This document shows positions 55,480 through 64,000 of a DNA stretch of 64,000 nt, piece by piece. The DNA is from Candidatus Aminicenantia bacterium (GTDB lineage: Bacteria > Acidobacteriota > Aminicenantia > Aminicenantales > Saccharicenantaceae): NCBI GenBank assembly GCA_041479905.1, contig JBGOYY010000007.1, forward strand, positions 5,162 through 69,161, in the 5' to 3' direction. The notes under the pieces are model-generated. The model did not search any database. It worked only from the letters and a program-made list of their open reading frames with translations, and was not told the DNA's origin. Position numbers and translations under genes: made by a program. How positions within the stretch are numbered: position 1 is the first letter of the stretch; each line of letters opens with the position of its first letter.

Positions 55480-55528
55480 GGTCTTGTCCGTGGGGAAAAA
55501 CGGTAAAAACATCAAGGGAGGACAACCC

Positions 55529-56386
55529 ATGAGTCCGGAAATCCGCGACCTTTACGAAAAGTACGCAGGCGGCGCGATGGACCGCCGCGACTTCCTCGGA
55601 AAGCTGGCCACGCTTGCGGGCGGAACAGCCGCCGCGGCCGCTCTCCTGCCGGCCCTTGAAAGCGGCGGGACCTCGAGCCAAGTCGTCCCGAAGGACGACC
55701 CGCGCCTCGAAACAGGATACATCGAGTATCCGGGAGCAACGGGCAAGGTCCGCGCCTACTCGGCCCGGCCTAAGGGCGCAGACAAGCTCTCCGGCGTCAT
55801 CGTCATCCACGAGAATAGGGGTCTCAACCCCCATACCGAGGACATCGCCAGGCGGATGGCCCTCGAGGGATTCCTGGCCATCGCCCCGGACGCTCTATCG
55901 CCTTTCGGCGGAACGCCGGAGAATCCGGACGAGGCCCGGCCCCTATTCCAAAAGCTCGACCGCGAAGCGAACATCAAAAACTTCGTCGCCGCCGTCGAGT
56001 ACCTCAAAACCGGCCCGCGGGCAACGGGCAAGGTCGGCTGCATGGGCTTCTGCTGGGGCGGAGGAACGACGAACCAGGTGGCCGTCAACGCGCCGGACCT
56101 GGCCGCGGCCGTCCCTTTCTACGGCATGCAGCCCGCATCCGAGGACGTCCCGAAAATAAAAGCGGCGATGCTCATCCACTACGCCGGCGACGACGAGCGG
56201 ATCAACGCGGGCATCCCGGCCTTCGAGGAGGCCCTCAAGAAGGCCGGCGTCGAATACAAGATCTACACTTACGAGGGCGCCGGGCACGCCTTCATGAACG
56301 ACACCGGGACGCGGTATCACAAGGAGGCGGCCGAACTCGCCTGGCGGCGCACGGTCGCCTTCCTCAAGGAAAAGCTCAAGGCTTAG
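55529..56386 (+). CDS. dienelactone hydrolase family protein with Tat signal
   Basis: AGGGAGG RBS. DRRDFLGKLATLAGGTAAAAALLPA twin-arginine signal. VIHENRGLNPH and GFCWGG nucleophile-elbow-like block. Confidence 0.8.
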   Translation: MSPEIRDLYEKYAGGAMDRRDFLGKLATLAGGTAAAAALLPALESGGTSSQVVPKDDPRLETGYIEYPGATGKVRAYSARPKGADKLSGVIVIHENRGLNPHTEDIARRMALEGFLAIAPDALSPFGGTPENPDEARPLFQKLDREANIKNFVAAVEYLKTGPRATGKVGCMGFCWGGGTTNQVAVNAPDLAAAVPFYGMQPASEDVPKIKAAMLIHYAGDDERINAGIPAFEEALKKAGVEYKIYTYEGAGHAFMNDTGTRYHKEAAELAWRRTVAFLKEKLKA

Positions 56387-57524
56387 CGTTCTGCCGGCGC
56401 CACTCGGCGGCCACTTCGGCGACGAAGGGTCGGACACGGGAGAAGAACTTCTTGTATCCCGCACATAAATAATTCAGCCCCGGCTCACCGCCCGGGGCAC
56501 GAGCGAAACGGTTCTTCGGACATTCCCCGTTGCACATCATCCGGACGTCGCAGGCCCGGCAGATGCGCGGCAGTTTTTCCAGCTTGGCCAGCCCGAACGC
56601 GCGTTGGGCGGGGCTTTCGACGAGGTCGACGAGCGGCGTTTCGCGGATGTTGCCGACGCGGTTCTCCGCGTCCACGAAATGGTCACAGGAGTAGAAGTCC
56701 CCGTTCCGCTCGAGGACGGGGATGTCGCCGCAGACCGGCCGGAAGATGCAGAGCGAGTGCTCCTGTCCGAACGCCGTCCGAGCCGCCTCTTCGATGATCT
56801 GCACTTTGACCCGCCCGATGTCTCCGCTCACCCACGCGTCGAAGACGGCGCAAAGGAAATCACCCCAAGCGTCCGCCGGCACGGTCTCGGGACTGACGCC
56901 TCCCGGCTCGTTGGGCCGCGGCTCGACCAGCGGAAGGAAGGTCACATAGGAGGCGCCGATCTCCTTGAAAAAGCCGTAGACCTCCGCGGGATGCCCGACG
57001 TTATTCGCGCTCACGACGCAGAGGATGTCGGTCGGGACGCCTTGCCGCCGCAGGAGCTCATACCCGCGCATCGTCCCATCGAAAGTGGACCGCCCGTCCC
57101 GGGTCAGGCGATACCTGTCGTGAAGCTCACGGGGGCCGTCAAGGCTGATCCCGACGGCGAACCCTTCGACCGCGAGAAAACGGCCCCACTCCTCGTCGAG
57201 GAGGGTGCCGTTGGTTTGCATGCCGTTAGCGATCGTCCGCCCGGCGGGGCGATGCGTGCGTTGGATCTCAACGATCCTGCGGAAGTAATCGACGCCCAGG
57301 ACGGTCGGCTCGCCACCGTGCCAGGAGAAGCGGATGACCTCATCGGGCGAAGCGGCGACGTGTTGGACGATGTAATCCTCGAGGAGGTCTTCGGGCATGC
57401 GGGCCGGCCCGCTCTCCGCTCCATCTTGTCCTTTTCCGAGGTAGTAACAATAGCGGCAGGCCAGGTTGCAGACGGCGCCGGCCGGCTTGACGAAAACCTG
57501 GAACCCGCGGGACGCGACGGCCAT
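56376..57524 (-). CDS. anaerobic sulfatase-maturating enzyme-like radical SAM/SPASM protein
   Basis: FQVFVKPAGAVCNLACRYCYY is the family-typical N-terminus. C-terminal Cys-rich SPASM region (CIFRPVCGD ... CRACDVRMMCNGECPK). Its 3' end overlaps the convergent gene by 11 nt. Confidence 0.8.
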   Translation of the reverse strand: MAVASRGFQVFVKPAGAVCNLACRYCYYLGKGQDGAESGPARMPEDLLEDYIVQHVAASPDEVIRFSWHGGEPTVLGVDYFRRIVEIQRTHRPAGRTIANGMQTNGTLLDEEWGRFLAVEGFAVGISLDGPRELHDRYRLTRDGRSTFDGTMRGYELLRRQGVPTDILCVVSANNVGHPAEVYGFFKEIGASYVTFLPLVEPRPNEPGGVSPETVPADAWGDFLCAVFDAWVSGDIGRVKVQIIEEAARTAFGQEHSLCIFRPVCGDIPVLERNGDFYSCDHFVDAENRVGNIRETPLVDLVESPAQRAFGLAKLEKLPRICRACDVRMMCNGECPKNRFARAPGGEPGLNYLCAGYKKFFSRVRPFVAEVAAEWRRQNAKP

Positions 57525-57652
57525 GGACCCTTTTTCCGACCCGAGTATAGGGGAAGGCGCGCGACCGGTCAAGAAAGCGCGGCTGTTTCTGAGCCTCGCT
57601 CGCGGAAGGGCTTTAGCGCAGAGCGACGATAGGCTACAATAGACTGGAGACC

Positions 57653-58891
57653 ATGGACAGGACGACCTTCAAATTCCCGCGTGCCGCTGCGCTCCTCACG
57701 GGAGTCGCCCTTCTCGCCGGGGCGGCCATCCGTCCATCCGGCGCGTTTCCCGGCCAATCCTCTTCCGCCGTTTCGACCTCTCCGTCCGCCACGCCCTCGG
57801 CGTCCCAGAGCGTCTCCGACTTCGAGCAGAGGCTCAGCCGCATCAACGGGCAGATCAGGGACCTCAAGGCCCGGATCGAGGCCGAGGTCCGGAAGGAGTC
57901 GTCGGTCCTGTCGTCGCTGGCCAGGGTCAACCTCAACAAGAGCCTCGTCCAGAAGGAGCTGGCCGCACAGAACGTCGAGCTCGATCGGGCCCGGGCCGAT
58001 CTGGCCGCGATCAAGGCGGACATCCGGGCCATCCGCTCGAACCTCGACCGGGAGCGCGAGTCGATCGAAAAAACCCTGGTGACTCTCTACAAGTTCGGCC
58101 GGCTCGACTTCTTCCAGTTCCTGCTCCAGGCGCGGAACATCGAAACCTACGCCTCCGAGAGCAAGAACCTGGCCATCCTCGCCCGTCACCAGGAGGACGT
58201 TGTTTCCGGATTCCTCCGCTCCCTCGACGAACTGCGTTCGGCCGAGGCCGCCCTCGACAGCAAGCAGAGGGACCTCGCCGGGATGGTCCGGGCGGCCAAC
58301 CTCAAGAAGCAAGAGCTCGAGACCGAGGCCCGCAAGTATGCCGCCCTGGTCCTGGAGACTCGGAAGAACAAGGACACTTTCAAGCAGACCCTCGAGGAGC
58401 TCTCCACGAGCGCCGACGAGCTCCAGAAGATGATGAACAAGATCATCAGCCAGGAATGGGTCCTCCCCGCGGCCTTCGTCCCCCTCTACGAAAGAAGGGG
58501 CCAGCTCCCCTGGCCCCTGGAGGGGAAGGTCGTCACGAACTTCGGTTTCGAGCGCCACCACGACTTCCAGACGGTCGTCATGAACAAGGGCGTCGAGATC
58601 AGCCCGGGCAAGGACAAGTCGCTCATCCTGTCCGTCCACACGGGCAAGGTCGTCTACGCGGACTACTTCCAGGGCTACGGGAACCTCCTCATCGTCGACC
58701 ACGGCATGACCTATTACTCGCTCTACGGGCACTGCGCCGAGTTCCTGGTCGTCGTCGGGGACATGGTCCGGGCCGGACAGCCCGTGGCCATGGTCGGGGA
58801 CACGGGCTCCCTCAAGGGGGAATGCCTCTATTTCGAGATCCGCTACAAGACCAAGGCCCTCGATCCCTTGCAATGGCTGAAGCGAAGATGA
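57653..58891 (+). CDS. EnvC-like murein hydrolase activator: coiled coil plus degenerate LytM/M23 domain
   Basis: Signal peptide and long coiled coil. The C-terminal LytM fold lacks the metal ligands: NKGVEIS in place of HxGxD, and GECLYFEIR in place of HLHFE. Confidence 0.75.
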   Translation: MDRTTFKFPRAAALLTGVALLAGAAIRPSGAFPGQSSSAVSTSPSATPSASQSVSDFEQRLSRINGQIRDLKARIEAEVRKESSVLSSLARVNLNKSLVQKELAAQNVELDRARADLAAIKADIRAIRSNLDRERESIEKTLVTLYKFGRLDFFQFLLQARNIETYASESKNLAILARHQEDVVSGFLRSLDELRSAEAALDSKQRDLAGMVRAANLKKQELETEARKYAALVLETRKNKDTFKQTLEELSTSADELQKMMNKIISQEWVLPAAFVPLYERRGQLPWPLEGKVVTNFGFERHHDFQTVVMNKGVEISPGKDKSLILSVHTGKVVYADYFQGYGNLLIVDHGMTYYSLYGHCAEFLVVVGDMVRAGQPVAMVGDTGSLKGECLYFEIRYKTKALDPLQWLKRR

Positions 58892-58895
58892 TAGA

Positions 58896-60050
58896 ATGGA
58901 CGTCCGTTCCGCCATGAAAGTCCCGAAATACCGCTGGTTCTTGTGGGCGGCCTTCCTGGCCGCGGCCCTGTTCTTCGTCTTCCAGATGCGGTTCCTCCCG
59001 GGCGGCTTCAAGCCGGCGGCGCCCAAGGGCTTCGAGCTCCTCGACTCGCTCATGCGGCTTATCCGGAACGACTACCTCGAGGAAAGGGACCCCGTCCAGA
59101 CGGCCGAGGGCGCCTACCGCGGCCTGGTCAACTCCCTGGACCCCCTCTCCGCTTACCTCAACAAGGATCTTACGGCGGAATATCTCGCCCGGACCGGCAG
59201 GGAAACGGACCCGGGCGTCGTCATCCTGAAGCGCTATGCCTCCTTCCCTCAGGTCGTGAGCGTCATCGAGGGATCGCCGGCCGAAAAGATAGGCATCAAG
59301 CTCGGCGACCTTTTGAGCGCCATAGAGGGGCGGAACAGCCTGAGCATGAGCCTGGCCGAGACGAAGCTTCTGCTCAACGGAACGGACGAACAGCCGGTCA
59401 AGGTCCGCGTCCTGCGGGGCAACGAAACCCTCGACCTGGACGTGCCGCGGGCCCTTCTCTTCCCGAAACCGTTCACGTTCGTCCGGACCGCCGGAAAACC
59501 CGCGATCCTGCGCATCCACCGCTTCGCCCCGTCCCTCGACTCCGACCTCCGGCGGGAGGTCCTGCCCGCCCTCAAGAACCCGAAAACAGCCCTCGTCGTC
59601 GATCTCAGGAACTGTCAGGACGGCGACCTCGAAGAGGCCCGAAAATTCGTCAACTTGTTCGTCAAGGCGGCGGACGCGGGGCACTTCGAGAACCGGGGCG
59701 GCGTCAAGCAGGCCGTCGCCTGCCCGGCCGAACCCGAGCTGGGGACTCTGCCGCTCGTGGTCTGGGTCAACGCCGGGACGGCCGGACCGGCCGAGTTCGC
59801 CGCGGGTGTCCTCCAGGAGGTCCGCAAGGTCAAGGTCGTCGGGTTCCCGACGCCCGGACTGGTCGGGCGGACGGAATTCTTCTCCGTGAAGGACGAGAGC
59901 GCGATCCTGCTCACCTCGGGCGTTTTCTCCCTGCCCTCCGGCCGGAAGCTCTGGGACGAAGGCCTTCGCCCCGACGTCTCCCTCCCGGTCGACAAGCTCG
60001 ACGAAAAATCCTACCTCGAGAAGACCATCCCTCTCCTGCCCAAGCTCTGA
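58896..60050 (+). CDS. S41 (C-terminal processing peptidase)-like protein with PDZ domain; catalytic dyad apparently substituted
   Basis: N-terminal TM, PDZ (VSVIEGSPAEKIGIKLGDLLSAIEG), and S41 core blocks. These read VDLRNCQDG (usually DLRNNPGG), VNAGTAGPAE (usually GSASASE) and TPGLVG (usually TFGKGS). Confidence 0.7.
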   Translation: MDVRSAMKVPKYRWFLWAAFLAAALFFVFQMRFLPGGFKPAAPKGFELLDSLMRLIRNDYLEERDPVQTAEGAYRGLVNSLDPLSAYLNKDLTAEYLARTGRETDPGVVILKRYASFPQVVSVIEGSPAEKIGIKLGDLLSAIEGRNSLSMSLAETKLLLNGTDEQPVKVRVLRGNETLDLDVPRALLFPKPFTFVRTAGKPAILRIHRFAPSLDSDLRREVLPALKNPKTALVVDLRNCQDGDLEEARKFVNLFVKAADAGHFENRGGVKQAVACPAEPELGTLPLVVWVNAGTAGPAEFAAGVLQEVRKVKVVGFPTPGLVGRTEFFSVKDESAILLTSGVFSLPSGRKLWDEGLRPDVSLPVDKLDEKSYLEKTIPLLPKL

Positions 60051-60053
60051 CGG

Positions 60054-61295
60054 ATGAGGAAGAGGCTCCCGCCCAAAGGCCGCCAACCCTGGCCGGCGTT
60101 TTATCTGGTCACGTCCGTCCTCGCCGCGATGGCATTCGTTTCGTTCCTCCTCCTGGACTACATCAACCTGCGGAAGGGCGAGCCCTCCTACGTCTTCGTC
60201 GTCCGGAAACAGGCTCCGGCCGCGGCCCCCAGGAAAAAGCCCATCGTAAAGGCCGCGAAAGAGCCTGCGCCGAAGCCCCCGGAAAAGCCGCCGGAAAAAC
60301 CGTTCGACGAGATCATTTCCGCGAGCCTGGCGACAGCCGGCGTCTCCGAGGATGCGGTCCTCGAGCTCCAGGGGCCGAAAGGCCGGCCCCTCTTCGAGGT
60401 CGAGATCCCGGTCGAGATCTACGCCTCGATCGAACCGATCCTCGAAAAAGCCTTGAAGGCTGAAACCGTCCGCGTCGTCGGCAAAAAGAGGACCGCCGGC
60501 GAGGAGAGGACGGAGGTCCTTTGGGCCCTGAGAAGAGCGCCCAACGAAGATGCCGGGATCTCCTTCATCCTGCCTGTCGAGCCGCCCGCCGTCATCGTCG
60601 AAAAAGAAGCGCCGGCGAAGAAGGCCTTCCGCGGCCAGGTGGCCCTGATCATGGACGACATGGGCAACAGCCTCGAGACGCTCGACGAGCTCATCGCCCT
60701 CGGGCGACATGTGACCGTGTCGGTCCTCCCCTACAGCACCTACGCCGCCGAAACGGCCCGCGCCGCCCACGAAAACGGCCTCGAGGTCCTGCTCCACCTT
60801 CCGCTCGAATCCCTGAACAACCACGAGGCCATGGCCAACACGGAAGGGATGATCCTGGCCGGCATGACCGAGGCCGAGATCGTCAGGTCCTTCGAAGCGA
60901 GTTACTCGCGCGTGCCCTTCGCCCGGGGGACGAACAACCACATGGGCTCGCGGTTCACGGCCGAGCGAAACCTGATAAGGGCGATCCTGGAGCCGATCAA
61001 GATGAAGGGCCTTTTTTTCGTCGACAGCCGGACGACCTCGAAAACCGTGGCCCTCGACGAGGCCCGCAGGATGGGCATCCCGTCGGCCGAACGGGACGTT
61101 TTCCTCGACGCCGACGAAGACCGGGGCCGGATCCGCGGCCGGCTCATCGAGCTCTTCCAGAAGGCCCGGAAAAAGGGGCATGCGATCGGCATCTGCCATC
61201 CGTTCCCGGAAACCCTGGCCGTTCTCAAGTCCTGTTTCTTTCTCCTCGATTCCTACGGCCTCGAAGCCGTCCCGGTCTCGCGCCTGGTCAAGTAA
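60054..61295 (+). CDS. divergent polysaccharide deacetylase (YibQ-like) family protein
   Basis: N-terminal TM. ALIMDDMGNS, LPYS, LLHLPLE, NNHMGSRFT, FFVDSRTT blocks. Confidence 0.75.
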   Translation: MRKRLPPKGRQPWPAFYLVTSVLAAMAFVSFLLLDYINLRKGEPSYVFVVRKQAPAAAPRKKPIVKAAKEPAPKPPEKPPEKPFDEIISASLATAGVSEDAVLELQGPKGRPLFEVEIPVEIYASIEPILEKALKAETVRVVGKKRTAGEERTEVLWALRRAPNEDAGISFILPVEPPAVIVEKEAPAKKAFRGQVALIMDDMGNSLETLDELIALGRHVTVSVLPYSTYAAETARAAHENGLEVLLHLPLESLNNHEAMANTEGMILAGMTEAEIVRSFEASYSRVPFARGTNNHMGSRFTAERNLIRAILEPIKMKGLFFVDSRTTSKTVALDEARRMGIPSAERDVFLDADEDRGRIRGRLIELFQKARKKGHAIGICHPFPETLAVLKSCFFLLDSYGLEAVPVSRLVK

Positions 61296-61309
61296 CCATC
61301 CACGTAAAC

Positions 61310-61354
61310 TTGAAAATCCTCCATTGAGCTTACGATTTTCAATGTTATTTTATT
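61310..61354 (+). terminator. possible intrinsic terminator after the envC-like/S41-like/yibQ-like operon
   Basis: TTGAAAATC (61310-61318) pairs with GATTTTCAA (61334-61342), followed by TGTTATTTTATT. The stem is AT-rich and the loop is 15 nt, so this is weak. Confidence 0.35.
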
Positions 61355-61381
61355 GACTCTTGTTTTCCGAGTTGATATCCT
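61353..61381 (+). promoter_or_regulatory. promoter of kinase 3 (TTGACT-17-TATCCT, with TGA extended -10)
   Basis: TTGACT at 61353-61358 and TATCCT at 61376-61381, preceded by TGA. Lies 24 nt upstream of the ATG, which has a GAGGGAG RBS. Confidence 0.5.
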
Positions 61382-61405
61382 CAAGCCAATCGGAGAGAGG
61401 GAGTC

Positions 61406-64000
61406 ATGGCGAACACCTGTTCCCGCTGTCGAGCGGACAATCCTGAGACGCAGCGTTTCTGCGGCGAATGCGGCACCCCGCTCCCTTCAGGAAATCAGGT
61501 ACAGGGGTCGGATGCTCCGAGAGCCGGCGGCATTCCCCGGAGCTCCATGACGGAAACCCTCCGGACACCCATCCATGAGCTGGCGACAGGCTCGACATTC
61601 GCCGGGCGCTACCAGGTCATCGAGGAGCTTGGCCACGGGGGGATGGGGAAGGTCTATAAGGTCTTCGACACCGACATCAAGGAGAAGATCGCCCTCAAGC
61701 TCCTGCGTCCAGAGATCGCACTGGACAAGGAGACCGTCGAGAGATTCTCGAACGAGCTCAAGCTGGCCCGGAAGATCAGCCACCGGAATGTCTGCCGGAT
61801 GTTCGACTTGGGCAAGGCCGAGGGTACGACCTTCATCACCATGGAGTTCGTGCCGGGCGAGGACCTGAAAAAGCTCATCCGGAAGACAGGCCAGCTCGGG
61901 GCGGGCCGGGTCGTATCGATCGCCAAGCAGGTCTGCGAGGGGCTGGCCGAGGCTCATCATCTCGGGGTCGTCCACCGCGACCTGAAACCCCAGAACATCA
62001 TGGTCGATGAGGATGGGAATGCCCGGATCATGGATTTTGGGATCGCCCGACCGCTTCGGGGGAAAGGGATCACGGGCCCCGGGGTGATGATCGGGACGCC
62101 GGAGTACATGTCGCCGGAGCAGGTCGAGGGCAAAGATATCGACGAGCGTTCCGACGTCTACTCGCTCGGGGTCGTGCTCTTCGAGATGGTGACGGCTCGG
62201 GTGCCGTTCGAGGGGGATACGCCGTTCACGATCGGCGTGAAGCACAAGAGCGAGAAGCCGCGGAATCCGCGCGAGCTCAATGCCCATGTGCCCGAGGATC
62301 TGAGCCGGGTGATATTGCGGTGCCTGGAGAAGGACAAGGAACGGCGATATCAGACGGCCGAGGAATTGCGTGCCGAATTGGAGAAGGTTGAGCAGGGCCT
62401 TCCGACGACCGAGCGCATCGTTGCTCAAAAGAAGTCTTTCACGTCTCGTGAAATCACGGTTAAATTCAATTTAAAAAAACTCGCCATGCCCTTATTAGCC
62501 GTCACGGTGCTTGCCGCCTCAGCCGTCATTCTCTGGAAATTCATTCCTCACAAAAGAGTGCCCGCCGGGTCCAGAATCGAAAACTCGATCGCCGTGATCA
62601 GCTTTAAAAACCAGACCGGCGACCCAGCTTATGACTATTTGCAGGAGGCCATCCCCAACCTCCTGATCACAAACCTGGAAAACACCGGGTTGTTTTACGT
62701 CGCCACTTGGGAGCGGATGCAGGACATCCTCAAACAGATGGGCGCCAAGCAAGCACGGCTGATCGACAGCGACCTCGGGTTCGAGCTCTGCCGGCGGGAA
62801 GGGATTAAAGCGATCGCCATCGGCAGCTTCACCAAGGCCGGGAACGTCTTCCGCACGGATGTCAAGGTCCTCGATGTCGATACCAAGGGACTCTTGAAAA
62901 GCGCCAACATCAAGGGGACGGGTGTCGACAGCATTCTCGATACCCAGATCGATTCTCTCAGCAGAGAGATGTCTCTCGGCCTGGGAATAGAGAAAGGCAA
63001 AGTCGAGGCGGTCCGCCTGAATATTAAGGAGATCACCACCGTATCGCTCCAGGCCTACGACTTTTTTCTCAAGGGAAAAGAGGCCTATAACCTGCTCTAT
63101 TGGGAGGATGCGAAGAAGAATATGGGAAAGGCCCTGGAGATCGACCCGACCTTCGCCATGGCCTACGTGTACCTGGCCTGGGCGAACCAGAACACGGGTG
63201 ACGTTAAAGCCAGAAATGAGACGATCGAGAAAGCGATGGCTCTTTCGAATAAAACATCCCAAAAGGACAGGCTTTATCTTGAAGCCGGCTATGCCTTATT
63301 CATCAAGCAGGATCCTGAAAAGCATTACACGCTCCTGAAAGAGTTGGTCCAGAAATATCCCAATGAGAAATGGGCCTTTCATTATTTGGGCGACGCCCTC
63401 TATATTTATCGAAATGATATTCCCGGGGCATACGATCAGTTTAAAAAATGGTTGGAGCTCGATCCGCAGGATGCCAACGCGATCAATCATCTGATCTCTG
63501 CAAGCTCCGGGATGCGCGAGTTCAAGAAAGCGGCGGATTACATCAAAATGCACGATGCCGTCGCTCCTCCCGATTCGTATAATCTGCATCTCCAGGCATT
63601 AATGTATCGGAAGATGGGACAACTTGATATTGCTATCGCTAAAAATATGGAGGCTCTCGAGATTAAGCCTGATTTCATATTCTCCATCGATCACCTCTGC
63701 AAACTCTATGCCCTGAAAGAAGAATACGAAAAGTCCTTGAAGTGGGCTAACGAATATGTCTCCAAAGCTTCCTCGGCAGGGAAGAAAGCCTCGGCCTATA
63801 GGGGGAGGGGTTTTTATCGCTACTGGCTGGGTACTTTCGAAGATGCGCTGGGTGATTTCTCCCTAGCGGAAAAGATGGCAGAAGAAGTCGAGAATTGGGA
63901 CACAAAAATGGAAGCCGCGAAGTGGAAGGGTATCGCTTATGTAATGAAAGGCGATTTCGAGCTCAGCCGGAAGTGCTTCGATAACGACGTTGGGATCGCC
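61406..64000 (+). CDS. Ser/Thr protein kinase: zinc ribbon, kinase, TM, periplasmic domain, TPR region (paralog 3; 3' end outside the window)
   Basis: Absent from the ORF track because no stop is reached. Hand translation: MANTCSRCRADNPETQRFCGECG, GHGGMGKVYK, HRDLKPQN, DFGIA, GTPEYMSPE. TM helix LAMPLLAVTVLAASAVILW, then ENSIAVISFKNQTGDP and TPR repeats. In frame to nt 64000. Confidence 0.9.
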   Translation, partial: MANTCSRCRADNPETQRFCGECGTPLPSGNQVQGSDAPRAGGIPRSSMTETLRTPIHELATGSTFAGRYQVIEELGHGGMGKVYKVFDTDIKEKIALKLLRPEIALDKETVERFSNELKLARKISHRNVCRMFDLGKAEGTTFITMEFVPGEDLKKLIRKTGQLGAGRVVSIAKQVCEGLAEAHHLGVVHRDLKPQNIMVDEDGNARIMDFGIARPLRGKGITGPGVMIGTPEYMSPEQVEGKDIDERSDVYSLGVVLFEMVTARVPFEGDTPFTIGVKHKSEKPRNPRELNAHVPEDLSRVILRCLEKDKERRYQTAEELRAELEKVEQGLPTTERIVAQKKSFTSREITVKFNLKKLAMPLLAVTVLAASAVILWKFIPHKRVPAGSRIENSIAVISFKNQTGDPAYDYLQEAIPNLLITNLENTGLFYVATWERMQDILKQMGAKQARLIDSDLGFELCRREGIKAIAIGSFTKAGNVFRTDVKVLDVDTKGLLKSANIKGTGVDSILDTQIDSLSREMSLGLGIEKGKVEAVRLNIKEITTVSLQAYDFFLKGKEAYNLLYWEDAKKNMGKALEIDPTFAMAYVYLAWANQNTGDVKARNETIEKAMALSNKTSQKDRLYLEAGYALFIKQDPEKHYTLLKELVQKYPNEKWAFHYLGDALYIYRNDIPGAYDQFKKWLELDPQDANAINHLISASSGMREFKKAADYIKMHDAVAPPDSYNLHLQALMYRKMGQLDIAIAKNMEALEIKPDFIFSIDHLCKLYALKEEYEKSLKWANEYVSKASSAGKKASAYRGRGFYRYWLGTFEDALGDFSLAEKMAEEVENWDTKMEAAKWKGIAYVMKGDFELSRKCFDNDVGIA

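Noticed and set aside
58812-61199. 795-aa ORF on the minus strand (plus 57569-59053 minus and 58943-60463 plus) across the envC-like/S41-like/yibQ-like cluster
   Set aside because: It is antisense or out of frame to three genes with clear family motifs. The products are Arg/Gly/Pro/Asp-rich low-complexity sequence, typical of stop-poor frames in high-GC DNA.
1-64000. Search for CRISPR arrays, tandem repeats, rRNA, and retron/DGR-type elements
   Set aside because: Reading through the window I found no regularly spaced direct repeats, no reverse transcriptase or cas-like ORFs, and no rRNA-like stretches. Intergenic space is short throughout. A computational repeat scan would be needed to exclude short or degenerate arrays.

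Overview
Gene-dense 64-kb stretch of a high-G+C bacterial chromosome (roughly 60% by eye, not computed). I call about 55 protein-coding genes on both strands. I saw no rRNA, tRNA or CRISPR array. The content is mostly envelope and secreted proteins with lipobox, Sec or Tat signals, plus peptidases (C69, M16, M20, a degenerate M23/EnvC-like and an S41-like). There are three paralogous zinc-ribbon Ser/Thr kinases with TM, periplasmic and TPR sensor regions. Housekeeping genes include ndk and rsgA. There are three type II toxin-antitoxin pairs (YefM/YoeB, RHH/RelE-ParE, RHH/MazF) and one ISL3-family IS. Most interesting observations: (1) A sharply AT-rich ~4.4-kb island (12080-16440) abuts the IS and encodes only an ECF sigma factor, a zinc-type (HxxxCxxC) anti-sigma factor and a large TPR-CHAT caspase-like protease. 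These are the functional classes of the Csx29/Csx30/RpoE output arm of type III-E CRISPR systems, but no cas genes or repeats are present. (2) A 48-nt promoter/operator-like element with a GCCGCGCGGC palindrome occurs three times (26230, 27062, 28789). It links an ICMT-like methyltransferase, a PAS-GAF-HD-GYP protein and a coiled-coil/TPR-PDZ/FecR operon, with an ATG conserved at the predicted transcription start. (3) An envC-like / S41-like / yibQ-like cluster in which the S41 domain has lost its Ser/Lys dyad. (4) A radical SAM gene followed by a small signal-peptide ORF whose coding signal continues out of frame. (5) A 38-nt direct repeat brackets rsgA. Many long ORFs in the supplied track are GC-driven antisense/shadow ORFs or 5' over-extensions and are not called.
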